A stretch of DNA of 64,000 nt from Macrostomum lignano (Eukaryota). Positions 34,505 through 64,000 of the stretch are shown piece by piece. The translations under genes and the position numbers were made by a program. Location of the stretch: contig NIVC01002396.1 of NCBI GenBank assembly GCA_002269645.1, positions 62,001-126,000 of the forward strand, in the 5' to 3' direction. How positions within the stretch are numbered: position 1 is the first letter of the stretch; each line of letters begins with the position of its first letter. The notes under the pieces are model-generated. The model searched no databases. It was not told the origin of the DNA and saw only the letters and a list, made by a program, of their open reading frames with translations.

Positions 34505-37500
34505 TTAGGCGAAGCGAACCTCGTAGAACCGGTAGATTTCGTAAAAACCGGGCACGAAGTTGTCGTACACCCTGAACTGCAGGCCGAGCTTGCGGCAGTC
34601 TTCCTCGAAGCGGCCCCAGAACTTCTTGAAGTGAAGCGAGCCGCCGCGCAGGATGTAGCAGCCGTCGGGCTTCAGAGCCTTTAGCGAGATCTCCATCATC
34701 TGGAAATTGATGCCATTTAAAGTCTCACATTAGGAGCATAAAATCTCAGAGATTTTAAGACAACAAAGTCTCACAGATAAAACAACAGTCTCACAGATAG
34801 TGGCTACAAAATCTCACAGATAGTGGCTACAAAATCTCACAGATAGTGGCTACAAAATCTCACAGATAGTGGCTACAAAATCTCACAGATAGTGGCTACA
34901 AAATCTCACAGATAGTGGCTACAAAATCTCACAGATAGTGGCTACAAAATCTCAGATAGTGGCTACAAAATCTCACAGATAGTGGCTACAAAATCTCAGA
35001 TAGTGGCTACAAAATCTCACAGATAGTGGCTACAAAATCTCAGATAATTACCACACAGAATAGAAAAGTTACCTGACTATTATCCGTAGCAAAGTCGTAG
35101 TTCCATCCGCGCTCCTCCTTGTTAATCATGAACTCAGTCAGGTCGTTAATAATGTAGTCGTACTTCTTGCCGGATTGAATGCACTCGTGCAGGTGGTCCA
35201 GGCAGTCTCCAATGATTATCTGTGATCATTTAGGCCATAGTAGAAAGGGTTTGCTTGAAAAGCTAGTTTGACAATGGCCAAATTCAGTGACCTTTTTCAA
35301 CAAATTGTGAAACTTCACAGGGAACAAGAGACAGGTGAGAGACAGGTGAGAAGAGACAGGTGAAAAGAGATAGGTGAGAAAAGACAGGTAAGAAGAGACA
35401 GGTAAGAAGAGACAGGTGAGGACAGACAGGTGAGGAGAGACAGGTGAGAGACAGGTGAGAAGAGACAGATGAGGACAGACAGGTGAGAGACAGGTGAAAA
35501 GAGACAGGTGAGGACAGACAGGTGAGGAGAGACAGGTGAGGGGCAGGTGAAAAGAGATAGGTGAGAAAAGACAGGTAAGAAGAGACAGGTGAGGAGAGAC
35601 AAGTGAGAAGAGACAGGTGAGAAGAGACAGGTGAGGAGAGACAGTTGAGAAGAGACAGGTGAGAGACAAGTGAGAAGAGACAGGTAAGAAGAGACAGGTG
35701 AGGAAAGACAGGTGAGGAGAGACAAGTGAGAAAGGACACAACAGAAACGGACTCAATGCAGTCCTCACCTTCTTGTTGGGCCCCTCCAGGGTGTCCAGCG
35801 CATCCTCGCAGGCGCCCCGCATGTATTTGGCGCAGAGCTGCACCACTTCGCTGTCAATCTCCACCATGGTGACCATGCGAGGCTGCTGTTTCAGCAGCTC
35901 ACAGATGACACCGCCGTCGCCGCCGCCGAGAATGAGGATCTCCTTGTCGGCGTAGCAGTTTCTAGCCGGCTTGCCAGTCTCCAAGCCCAGCAGAACCCGG
36001 GTGTAGGGCTCCTGATCCTTCTCGGCCAGCATGACATCCTCGTCTAGAAACAACACGTGACCGTGCGCTTCGCTCCAGAAGATCTTCACATTCTGATACT
36101 TGGTCTGCCTCTCCACTACTAGGCGATCGAGATGGAATTCAACTAAGAACTCGTCAGCCGTGATAAAGTAGCGCCACAGGGCCTCGCCGCGGCGGACTGG
36201 CCCGAGCATGCTGGTAATATGAAATAAATGGCATTATTGTTGGTGTAGCGAGTCGCTAATCAAAAGGTTTTCCCTTTTTGAGAATCCTCATTACTTCCTT
36301 TATCGCGCATTGAGTGAGTAGTCTAACCAGAGGGTGAGAGAGTAGACGTGACTCACCGTCTGTTTCTATTTTTAGCACAGAAAAGCACGTGACTGCGCGC
36401 ACACAACTATTAGACACGTATCCTTGAATCACGTCACTGTTACGTGATTTTCAAGTCCAAATAAGAAATTTTTTCCACGCTAAGGCAGGATTCTCACGTG
36501 AATTTGGGGATGTGATCAGCTATAATTACGAGGCAGATGAGATCGATTTTTTCTGACGCCTTGCCGTGACCACGCACAGATCTAGACATATCAGGACAGT
36601 TGACCTGGGAACCGATCAAAACGGCGACAGTCACAGTATCGAGCGCCTTTCACCATGCTGCCGGGACATCTGGTCGATGCTCTGCAAAACCCCGCCGGAC
36701 CACCACGTCACGATCCAGTGGGTCCCCGGCCATTGCGACCTCCGACTAAACGACTCGGCGGACGCCACCGCGCGCGACGCGGCGCGGCTGCCCCAGGCGG
36801 ACGCCCCGCTGGACTTCCGCAGCGCCCGCTCGGCTATCGCAGCTTTGACAACGACAGACTTCGGCCAAACCTACGCCAACGACGACCACTGCGCGACCCA
36901 CAGGACGGCGACAGGCAGGAGGCGACCCGGACGCTTACCCTCAGCCTTCGGGCGTAAAGCCCAAGTGACTCTGGTCCAGCTCAGGACTGGCCACTGCCCC
37001 CGCCTCCGCAAATACCGCCACCGCATTGGCTTGGAGCCCTCCGCCACATGCACAGCCTGCGGTGCCGCCGAGGAAGACCTCAGACACCTGATTCTGGACT
37101 GCCGGGCCCACGCCGACGCCCGGGCGGAGGTCTTTGGATCACACCTAGCGCTGTCCACAATCTCCGACGATGGACCCCGCGTGCTCGACTACCTCCGGAG
37201 GATAGGGGCGCCGACGCGCCCCCCGGACTAGTCTGGCCGGGAATCACCACCACAGTCACAGTATTGTGGCGTAGTGACGTAGTCTCTAAGTTGTGGCGTA
37301 GGCCTATTAACAAATATACAATTCCAATACATTATGAACTTCCAACACATGTATTGACTGTTGCCCTTTTGACTGTCGCTTTTTTTATATGTCGCCCTTT
37401 TGACCTGTAGGCTGTAGCCGCGATTAGCGAGCGCTAGACGCCTTCCTCTTGCCAACAACAAATCGAGGGTAGAGTCAAACGCGCTCTGCTGCTCAGGACA

Positions 37501-38850
37501 GCGAACCTCATTAGGTTTAGAAGAACCAAGGCTTCATTCAAGAAATCTGGGGCAAGCCACACAACTGATATGCAGCTATTGGAAATAATGTACGTAAATC
37601 TATGGCGTAAATGAGCTTTGGCCATAGACAACTGCATGCTAAATCAAAGAGTATTCAGAGTAAGAGTATTTGTTAGCTGGCTTTTTTTAAGATACTTTTA
37701 CGGTTGGGCCATAGAAATAGCTTTAAGAGCAGCCATGATATCTAAGACTTGGACAAGCCAAAATTGTAAATGCATGGCTGACTTTGCTTGAAAATCGAAT
37801 CAGACTGCACGCCTAGAAGTATATTTTCATGTACAACGATTGGATCTGTCTAATAAACTGGTGGCAAGATTTTTGTCTTGTCTTGCTGTAAGTTTTCTGT
37901 ACAAATTTCAGAAGTGTAACACTGTATTAAAAGTGCATCATAAACCTCACCAGTACATCCGATCAAAGGCGTCGATGCTAGTAAGAAATTTCTTAATTCC
38001 CTCTTCGACATGTCGGATATACTGTAAATATAAAAGGGCTTTGTAATAATTTAGGATTCAATAGTTAGTCTCTAGACAGTTTCTAAATGATATATTACAA
38101 AGTTCCTGACGAATCACTGCTCACCACAAGATCAACCTTAACGCGGCTTCGCATCACCAGAATGTCAAACATGTACAGCTTCTGGCTTTCGTAGTTGCGA
38201 ATGTTGAGCACCCTGGAACAATTGTAATTTGTAAATTAGTTGCTATAAGTATAATGGTGTCAGGTTTCTACCCCATCCTCTCCAATTCTCTTTCACCCTC
38301 TCCTACTGCCTTCCACCCTCTCCCAGTGTCTTCCACCCTCTCCCACTATCTTCCACCCTCTCCCACTGTCTTCCACCCTCTCCCACTATCTTCCACCCTC
38401 TCCCACTGTCTTCCACCCTCTCCCACTATCTTCCACCCTCTCCCACTGTCTTCCACCCTCTCCCACTATCTTCCACCCTCTCCCACTGTCTTCCACCCGC
38501 CCTCTTCCACTCCCATTCTGTTTCTTTCCAGATTTCCCTCTGTATTCGAGTCACAATATGTATAAATAGCAGATCAGAATGCATATAAAATGAGTATTAC
38601 TTGTTGTCATTGTTGGAAAACACAGACAGCTGCAGGTCATTGCCAGCTGGGCCAGAGAATAGGCATTTCACTTTGGATTTGTCCTCTTTCATGCCATTGG
38701 CAGCTAGGTTGAGAAGCTCTAAGTCTGTAAAGAAAATTTAAACAGTTAAAATACTAAAGACAAAAAAGAGCTTGAGAAAAAAATAGATAAATTCTTACCA
38801 GACAAGGCCCTCTTTGCATAGAAGTGGAACAAAATAGTTTCCTCAGTCAT
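34505..38850 (-). CDS. SMS: Spermine synthase
   Basis: Exons (minus): 38850-38799, 38724-38601, 38212-~38125/38099, [linking exon unresolved, candidate ~37410-37530], 36210-35769, 35219-35073, 34699-34505. PVRRGEALWRYFITADEFLVEF resembles human [22 protein letters not shown]. Also ILILGGGDGG, MVEID, DYIINDLT. The N-terminal extension is typical of SMS rather than spermidine synthase. Confidence 0.88.
34765..35045. repeat. 23-bp minisatellite (SMS last intron)
   Basis: Unit AAAATCTCACAGATAGTGGCTAC. Confidence 0.92.
35325..35735. repeat. GAGACAGGTGA-based compound repeat (SMS intron)
   Basis: Direct reading. Confidence 0.88.
36640..37251 (+). mobile_element. 5'-truncated RNase H-bearing LINE (second family), TSD-flanked, in SMS intron
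   Basis: 13-bp TSD ACAGTCACAGTAT at 36627-36639 and 37252-37264. ORF remnant with IQWVPGHC, QLRTGHC and CTAC...RHLILDC. Short CAC-repeat tail. Confidence 0.85.
38275..38510. repeat. 20-bp minisatellite (SMS intron 2)
   Basis: Unit TCCCACTATCTTCCACCCTC. Confidence 0.9.
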
Positions 38851-41659
38851 TGTTGTTTATGTAAGCAGTATTATTTTATTAATTACAAGCATGCATTAAA
38901 ATAGCCATATAAGAAAGATGTACAAATTATAAGATATTATAAGATCAATTGTTTTATACAATTTTAGGCTTATACTCGTAAAATAGGTAAGCCACATGTC
39001 CGATAGTACAAAATTTTAGTTTTGTACATTATAAATTTTTTAAGGCCTTACTAGATATCATTTATAGAAATATTTAAACTTTCTAATTTTAAAAGTTTTG
39101 CAAAATATAAAAACCTTAATATATTAACTTTCCCTTTGTATTGAGCTTATGCCTTCCAAAAAAATTTGTTTATTCTTAAAATGGCAATGTCCAATGAACG
39201 ATAGCAATAGCTTTATAAAATTAGACACAAAATATAACTAGTGAAATTTTAGAGAAAATAGAGTTTCCACAAGCATTTAAAGAATACTTTACATATATAA
39301 TTTGTTTTAACTTTAGCTATATATAAGACTTATCACCTAATTTGCTTAGATTATTGTTGAATTTGCTTTTGCTAAATTTGTCTATATTAAATTTTTATTG
39401 CCAAATTTGTTTATTACCAAATTTGTCTATATCCCACTACACTATTACTAGGTTGATCTACACTAGATGCTATTTGCTAAATGCCCATATGCTACAATTA
39501 AGGACTTAGGGTATACTAGCACATTAATCCTTCATGGGGGCATTCAAATAAAAAATTCAAATATAGAAAGGATGAAATTTATTTAAATATTTGACCCACT
39601 TTTAATTTGAAATTTTCCTCAAAAAATTATATGTTGCTGAAAATTTGCAATTTTTGTAAAGCTAATTTAAAAAATTGCCAAATGGTTCTTGAGAAAATCA
39701 ATGACAGATAGACAAACAATGCAAAATTAGTATATAGTCTAGATTATGGACAAGCAAACATACAAACCTTAGAGATTTAGTATATTTAGATGTCATGCTT
39801 GCCATATTATTAAAACAAAATGAATATATATATAAGTAGAAAACATCTTGTATAGATAACTGAACAAATTGGTGTACTTGCAACTTGAATAAGTTTAAAT
39901 TAAGTCTTCAAAAATAAAAAAATCTAATTTAAGTTGTCAAAAGCCTGATTTTAATTTTAATGCCCAATGAGTAACAAAAAATTGAATACATAAGGCCTAT
40001 AGGCTTAAGTATAGTTGGCAGCTAGGTTGAGAAACCTAGCCCTAGTTGGACCTAACTAAGCTTAAGCCTATGTATGTCTATAAGCCTATAAGCCTATGTA
40101 AGCCTATGTAAGCCTATGTATTCAATTTTTTAGGTAATAGGTAAGGTTAAAGTTTAATATACAATAATATGTTTGTGATTCTGTGCAACCTGCAACCATA
40201 CACCTGGGATCAAAGTTTTTCTACACACTTGACAAGACATCTGATTCGTGGTATATATTATATATAGCCTGTACAGTGCAAAAAGCAATACAAAATAAAA
40301 TAAAAGTTTTATCTATAACATAATAAATTTAAAAGCTGTTTTGATTGATATTCATTGTAATTTTTAAGACTTTGCTGAGAAGTTTAGTTTTAGAGTAAGG
40401 GGCCTATACAAAAAAGTTTAATGAGCATATTTGCATTTGTATTACGTTACAATTTTACAAACAGCTGGATAAGTTTAACTTAGAAGAGAAGGTAAAATTT
40501 AATAACTACAGTACCTTAAATTAGGATTGACACATTCTAGTATTCCTAGATTAAAACAAGAGCACGAGCACTACACACATGTATAAAACGTTAGATGCAG
40601 TTCTAAAAACCGTAAAATCTACAAAAAAATCTGTCGCCGGATCGTCTGTCGCCAGGTGCAAATTCGGTACCTTTTCGGATAAGATCGGTTACAGTCGGGT
40701 GTTCGCCGCTTTGACTGTCGCCGGATTGTCTGTCGCCGGATCGTCTTGTCGCCGGATTCACTGGAAGCTTAGCTAGCCCTTCAACTGCTATATAGATCGA
40801 TGCGGAACAGTCACGCATTAATGTTTAAAAAATAATTTTTTAATGGCTCAGTAGTAAACAAAATATTCCACTTTCAAAGCTTTAGAAGAGCTAATTTTAT
40901 CCTTTCTATTTTAAGTATATAAGATTAATATCTTATTTACCTCTGTTAATACACTTGCTATTAAGTAGTTATTTTTAATAGTAGTGTTCAAAACGAAAAA
41001 CTACGCGCTATATACGGTAGGACCGGAGTTTAGCTGACTTTTATTCAACAACAAATAAGTCCAGTTTGTGATACCATAATTTAAAAAATATGAGCCCAGA
41101 TATGGTTAAAATGTACTAGCAATAAATTTCTTCAGTCCTAACTAGTATTTTTAATAAAGAAGTTTAGTTAAGAGCTAGGCAAGGCCCATGTTTGTGGACT
41201 ATCTCTTGTAGTAGAGTCTAAACTATAGGCCTAGATATCTCCAGGGTTTAGACTCTTCATTGGAATAATAATAAAAATTTTGCAGTAGTTTCAAAGTGTA
41301 ATTTATAATCGTCATTTGTTAGAACGCAGGCAACAGTAGGTGTACACAAGTTGGCTTCAGTTTGTCTATTTTCATCAAAACCTTTCTGGCCAATTGCCCT
41401 TATAAAAATGTTATAATTCTAGAACGTCAGAATTTGGGAGTAAGTTTATTAGATTAAATAATAAAACTAAAGCTTAGATCTGCATTGAGATTGACTAAGT
41501 CAATAGACATAAGCCATTTAAAATTCAGTCTTTATTCAAAACAAATTAAAATTAAAAAAGTAATTTATTCAGGCTATTTTTTAGCTTAGCCTTTATTAAA
41601 TTATAAAAAATTGCATTATTCTTTGATTTTTACAAGTAATTCAAAAGTCTAGCTAAATT

Positions 41660-58715
<17,056 letters not shown>

Positions 58716-58959
58716 ACTCTTGGCCTCATCATTATTATGCAACATGTAGATTTCGACTTTCTATGGCTGGTCTTTTGCGCCCCGCTAGTTTTTAATACGA
58801 GCGCGTATGGCTCCTAGTTTAATCTGTGTATTGCTTATCAGCTGTGCTCTCTGTCCCTTGCGTGTGAACTTGTAAAATGGGAGCCCGTCCACTCACTGGC
58901 TGTTTTCGGCTTTCAATGGCTTTTGTGGCTTAGTTGTTACTGAGACTACATTCTCTGGT

Positions 58960-59490
58960 TGGGTCAAGGTGTTCCGGTCTGATGACTGACTCTAGTGGGT
59001 CAAGGTGTTCCGGTCTGATGACTGACTCTAGTGGGTCAAGGTGTTCCGGTCTGATGACTGACTCTAGTGGGTCAAGGTGTTCCGGTCTGATGACTGACTC
59101 TAGTCGGTCAAGGTGTTCCGGTCTGATGACTGACTCTAGTGGGTCAAGGTGTGCGGGTCTGATGACTGACTCTAGTCGGTCAAGGTGTTCCGGTCTGATG
59201 ACTGACTCTAGTGGGTCAAGGTGTGCGGGTCTGATGACTGACTCTAGTCGGTCAAGGTGTTCCGGTCTGATGACTGACTCTAGTGGGTCAAGGTGTTCCG
59301 GTCTGATGACTGACTCTAGTCGGTCAAGATGTTCCGGTCTGATGACTGACTCTAGTGGGTCAAGGTGTTCCGGTCTGATGACTGACTCTAGTGGGTCAAG
59401 GTGTGCGGGTCTGATGACTGACTCTAGATGGTCAAGGTGTGCGGGTTTGATGACTGACTCTAGTGGGTCAGGGCTTCGGTCTGTCTGACC
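58960..59490. repeat. 36-bp minisatellite downstream of GRK stop
   Basis: Unit GGGTCAAGGTGTTCCGGTCTGATGACTGACTCTAGT. Confidence 0.93.
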
Positions 59491-61132
59491 TGACCCTCGA
59501 GTAGTGCGAAGCCAAAGGCTCTGTGTCTTGTTGCTAGGCGATAGTGAACAAAAGCTTAGCGCCATATATATATTCTAATTTTGCTTTTTAATACCGCATT
59601 CGCCTCATGTTTCTAGTCATGGCCAACCCGTCTGTCTGGCCTCTGATTATCTCTGTCTCTCTCAGTTTTGTTTTACACAAGCAGTTGCTGTTTTATTTTA
59701 TTAGTCATAAACTGTGCAATATTAGCCCACATATCCCTTTTGTTGGAGGGCACATTAATTATTAATTTATTATCACTATTAACAGTCGTCTACTAATAGT
59801 AATATGTAAATATGTCCCAGATGTCCGGCACAGCTGTACATAGGCCATCTCAATCGCAATGTACAGTGGGCTATAACGCTTATACTGTCTTTATTTTCTC
59901 TACGCTCCACACGCTCGCACAGAACCAGCGTGTTCGCGCCTGGCAATACAAATTTATTAAAGTTGTTATATTCGTTTGTACTACTTGTTCGGCTTTTTCT
60001 ATCTAAATATACACTGTTATAACACGCTGTGTGACCTTTTTAGCCAATCTGCGATTCTGTTTTTCAATTTCTATTTTGTGTAACTATTGATAATTATGAA
60101 GAACAAAATACTGTTTTGCTATTTATGCAGAGCAAGCACTAAACGCTAGTCTTACTAAACACGCGTTGTTTTGATTGTCAATACACGCGCAGAAGCTACT
60201 GTCAGTAGTCGCTAATGTTTATTACGCGCCTCTATTTTTGTTGCTTAAAATAAAGTTGAAATCAGCTTCTTTGTTATCAAGTGTACCTGTAATTTACAGA
60301 TTCGCACCTGCGCTGCCCCCTTATCTCCCATTGTTTTAGTAGAAGCCCCAACTGCAGATGATTGATTGGCTAGGCCACGAGTACAGTTTCTTTACATATA
60401 AAAATAAATCTACTGATGGATTGCGCAGGCAATAAGAGGGCACAAATTTTACCTGTGTAAGTCTGTTTGTGAGTCCCTTTCAATTAAAATAAGTGCAAAC
60501 GTGTCCAGTTGAACTTTATTCACATTGAAATAACAAAATCCATTGAAACGCTGATTGATAAATTGTAGAGCACTGCTCATTAATGCAAGTATTTATTTAA
60601 GAGGCTTTCCGGGTAATATAATTTAACCAGCCAGTCTATTTTCATTAGATAGAACAGGTTAGCGCTAATGGAACTTGTAAATCACAGCAAGCGGAGACGC
60701 AGTTAGCACCAGATCAGCCGGCACAGCCAGTAGTTAGTTGTCTTATAAAAAACCCTTTTCACTCTACTGCCGTCAGTAGTAATACTAACATTTCAGTCGG
60801 CTATAAGCAATATCAATACATGGAAAAATTAGCTAGCATGTCCCGCAGAGGCTACTAAAAATACACAGTTGTTTCATCAGGCCAGCTTTAATGACGCAGA
60901 TAGTTGAATACATTGATAAAAGAAACAGCACAGGTTGTTGCTATTTAGAACTAGGACGGACAAACTAATAAGAACAGGACGGACGGAATGAACGAAGCGA
61001 AATAAAAAAGTAAAAAAACGATCAAATCGATACGCACAACCGTATCAAAGGTAAGCAAAACTCCGTTGCTATGCAGTTAAAACAAACGTCAACTGACACA
61101 GTGGATTCATAAAAAATGGAAATGGACGGTCT

Positions 61133-63119
61133 TCAATCAATAAACCTGATTTGCTGATCGCCGGTTGCCGCAAATCGGCCGTTGCCACCGACGCCAACGG
61201 TTGTCAAGGGCATGCGGCCGCCGTAACCAACGGCCGTTGGGGCCGTAGTAGCGCGATAATTCTGCGGCTGCTGCTGTTGCTTCTGTGTCGAATTCTGCCT
61301 ACCGACAATCGGCGCCGCTGATGCCGACGACGGACTGCAGAAATTTGGCAGGCTGGCGCCGGCGACGCCCCCCGAGGTCGCCGGCCTCGCGTGCCGCTCA
61401 ACCCGCACGCTGGTGGCCTGCCGCTGCGACTGCTGAGCCGCAGCTGACATGCCGCCGCCGGGCAAATCGGACTGGACCAACAGTGGGGCGCGCTGCCGCT
61501 GCTGCTGTGGAATGCGGCCTGACTGGGATCTGCGAATGTGTGCCCGTTCGCGGGATAAACGATGGGACTTGATTAGGGAGGATTTCTCAACCGGTTGAGA
61601 ATGTCGAAATATTGCCAGAGAATGTCGGATGATTGTTGGAGAACGCCGTAAGATTGTCGGAGAATGTCAGAGAACGCTGCTGAATGTCGGATGAATGTTG
61701 GCGAATTTTGAATCATGTCGGATGGTTGTTTGAGAATGTTGGAAGATTGCCGGAGATAATTTTGGGATACTCGTAAATGTCGGAGAATGTTAGAAGATTG
61801 CTGGCCCAGAGATTGTGTGATAAATGTCGGAGAATTTCGGAGAATTTCGGAAGATTGCCAGAGAATGTCGGAGAATTTTGGAAGATTGCCGGATAAATGT
61901 CGAAGAACGATGCATTGTGATCAGTGGTAAAATCATGAATGAACGCAAGGAATGCAACAACCAGCAGAAATCAGTCGACCCGCACAGTCTACCTGACAGG
62001 TGACTGGTGCTGCTGCTGACGCCGCGCTGCCGTCCCCCCTGGCGGCGCCGTCGCGACTTGCATCGGTGGTTGAGCCGGCAGTCGACCGCGCGACGAAGGG
62101 CGCGGCGAACGCGCCATCGGCTTCGAATCGTCCGCCTCCTCGTCAGCGACCGAACCGTTGCCATGGTTACCATTGACTGCGGCGGCAGCTGGATCCTCCG
62201 GGCCGACTCCGGTGCCGCCGAATACGCGCATCGCCTCTAAATTAAGCGCACTTACGCCGCGCATCAGAGCTTCGCGCATCGAGGCTTCGGCTCGTTCGCG
62301 CTCGGCCCGTTCCAACCGGAGCTCCGATCTGGCCGCCTCGAGCTCGGCCTGCGGGAGGGGGAGGTGTTTGCAGGGATGCAAGCCGAGTTCCAAGGGGCGG
62401 AAATGTGGAGGGGCTGAGTTTCAAGGGGCGGAAATGTGGAGGGGCTGAGTTCCAAGGGGCGGAAATGTGGAGGGGCTGAGTTCCAAGGGGCGGAAATGTG
62501 GAGGGGCTGAGTTCCAAGGGGCGGATATGTGGAGGGGCTGAGTTCCAAGGGGCGGAAATGTGGAGGGGTTTAGTTCCAAGGGGCGGAAATGTGGAGGGGC
62601 TGAGTTCCAAGGGGCGGATATGTGGAGGGGCTGAGTTTCAAGGGGCGGAAACGGTATTGACGGGATTCCAGAGGGGAGGAAATCCTGAGCACAGAGTGAT
62701 ACTAAAAGAAGCCTCCCACCTGCAGCCGCTGCAGCTTGTCCTCGCACTCGGCGCCCAGCTCCTCGCAGACGCGCATCGCTTTCTCCTGGCAGCCGCGCTC
62801 GACCAGCTGGCGCCAAGTTGTCTCCAGTCGGCCCTTCCAGGCGGCCAGGGCCCGGCGGGCCAGCGCCCTCTGATAATGCTGCTCGGCCAGCCGCTCCTGC
62901 GCCGACTCCCTTCTAGCCGCCTCTAATCTGGCGCGCCAGTCGGCAAAACTGCGCGCCGCCCTGATTCGTTCGTGCGCGCCTAGCAGGCGCTGCCTGGCGC
63001 CGTCAAGCTCGGCCTCTTTGGTTGTCAGGGCGGCCCGATGCGCGGCTACAGACTCGCGCAGACGGTCGTTTTCGTCGCGCAAGTGGCGCATATCGACTAG
63101 CAGGCGGGCCTTCTCCTCC
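61133..63119 (-). CDS. POC5: Centrosomal protein POC5, 3' three exons (5' part beyond window)
   Basis: Exons (minus): 63119-62720, 62348-61993, 61529-61133; phase-consistent. RQLVERGCQEKAMRVC and SMREALMRGVSALNLEAMRVF match POC5 (KQRVEKACQARAEEVC; SMKKAFMRGVCALNLEAM). C-terminal SVRVERH. Confidence 0.88.
61590..61905. repeat. Degenerate GAGAATGTCG/GAAGATTGCC repeat (POC5 last intron)
   Basis: Direct reading. Confidence 0.7.
62375..62650. repeat. 31-bp G-rich minisatellite (POC5 intron)
   Basis: Unit GGGGCTGAGTTCCAAGGGGCGGAAATGTGGA. Confidence 0.92.
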
Positions 63120-63209
63120 CTGGGGTAACGCATGGTTAGTGTGCAGTCCTTTGCATTATTGCAAGCTCTGTTTTTTACACTTAAATCACGTCTTATAATC
63201 TAAAATATA

Positions 63210-64000
63210 AACTTCACCTCAGATGACCTCTAACACACTGTGAATCATATAGTCATACACTTGACCTCAGATGACCTCTAACACACTGAGGCATACAACT
63301 CCTACACTTGACCTCAGATGACCTCTAACACACTGAGGCATACAACTCCTACACTTGACCTCAGATGACCTCTAACACACTGTGAATCATATAGTCATAC
63401 ACTTGACCCCACATGACCTCTAACACACTGAGGCATACAACCCCTACACTTGACCTCAGATAACCTCTAACACACTGTGAGGCATACAACCCCTACACTT
63501 GACCTCAGATAACCTCTAACACACTGTGAGGCATACAACCCCTACACTTGACCTCAGATAACCTCTAACACACTGTGAGGCATACAACCCCAACACTTGA
63601 CCTCAGATAACCTCTAACACACTGTGAGGCATACAACCCCAACACTTGACCTCAGATAACCTCTAACACACTGTGAGGCATACAACCCCTACACTTGACC
63701 TCAGATAACCTCTAACACACTGTGAGGCATACAACCCCAACACTTGACCTCAGATAACCTCTAACACACTGTGAGGCATACAACCCCTACACTTGACTTC
63801 AGTTGACCTCTAACACACTGTGAGGCATACAACCCCTACACTTGAGCTCAGTTGACCTCTAACACACTGTGAGGCATACAACCCCTACACTTGAGCTCAG
63901 TTGACCTCTAACACACTGTGAGGCATACAACCCCAACACTTGACCTCAGTTGACCTCTAACACACTGTGAGGCATACAACCCCTACACTTCACTTCAGTT
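63210..64000. repeat. ~49-bp minisatellite (POC5 intron, runs off the window)
   Basis: Unit ACTTGACCTCAGATAACCTCTAACACACTGTGAGGCATACAACCCCTAC. Confidence 0.93.

Overview
Eukaryotic (invertebrate animal) genomic DNA with spliced genes. GC-rich exons separated by introns each filled with a different minisatellite resemble a flatworm genome such as Macrostomum; this is an inference and was not verified. Host genes reconstructed by hand with phase-consistent splice sites: terminal exon of an ataxin-1-like AXH gene (+), DPP7/dipeptidyl peptidase II (+, 10 exons), an LRRC74-like LRR/EF-hand gene (-, 10 exons, one GC-AG intron, upstream X-box), spermine synthase (-, one linking exon unresolved), GRK2/3-type receptor kinase (+, 7 exons) and the 3' part of POC5 (-). 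Mobile elements: two TSD-flanked, 5'-truncated RNase H LINEs; two copies of a tRNA-derived SINE; a full-length BEL/Pao LTR retrotransposon with apparently identical LTRs and a mariner nested in its 5' LTR; and an intact 3.28-kb CAC...GTG DNA transposon (241-bp TIRs, 4-bp TSD) in a GRK intron. Its 701-aa transposase is Chapaev-type, with RAG1/Transib-like catalytic and N-terminal Zn motifs, and its ends loosely resemble a 23-spacer RSS. A further pattern: sharp CpG-depleted domains cover the 5' portions of DPP7, SMS and GRK but not the LRR gene. No prokaryotic features or CRISPR arrays. Most long ORFs in the supplied track are artefacts of tandem repeats.
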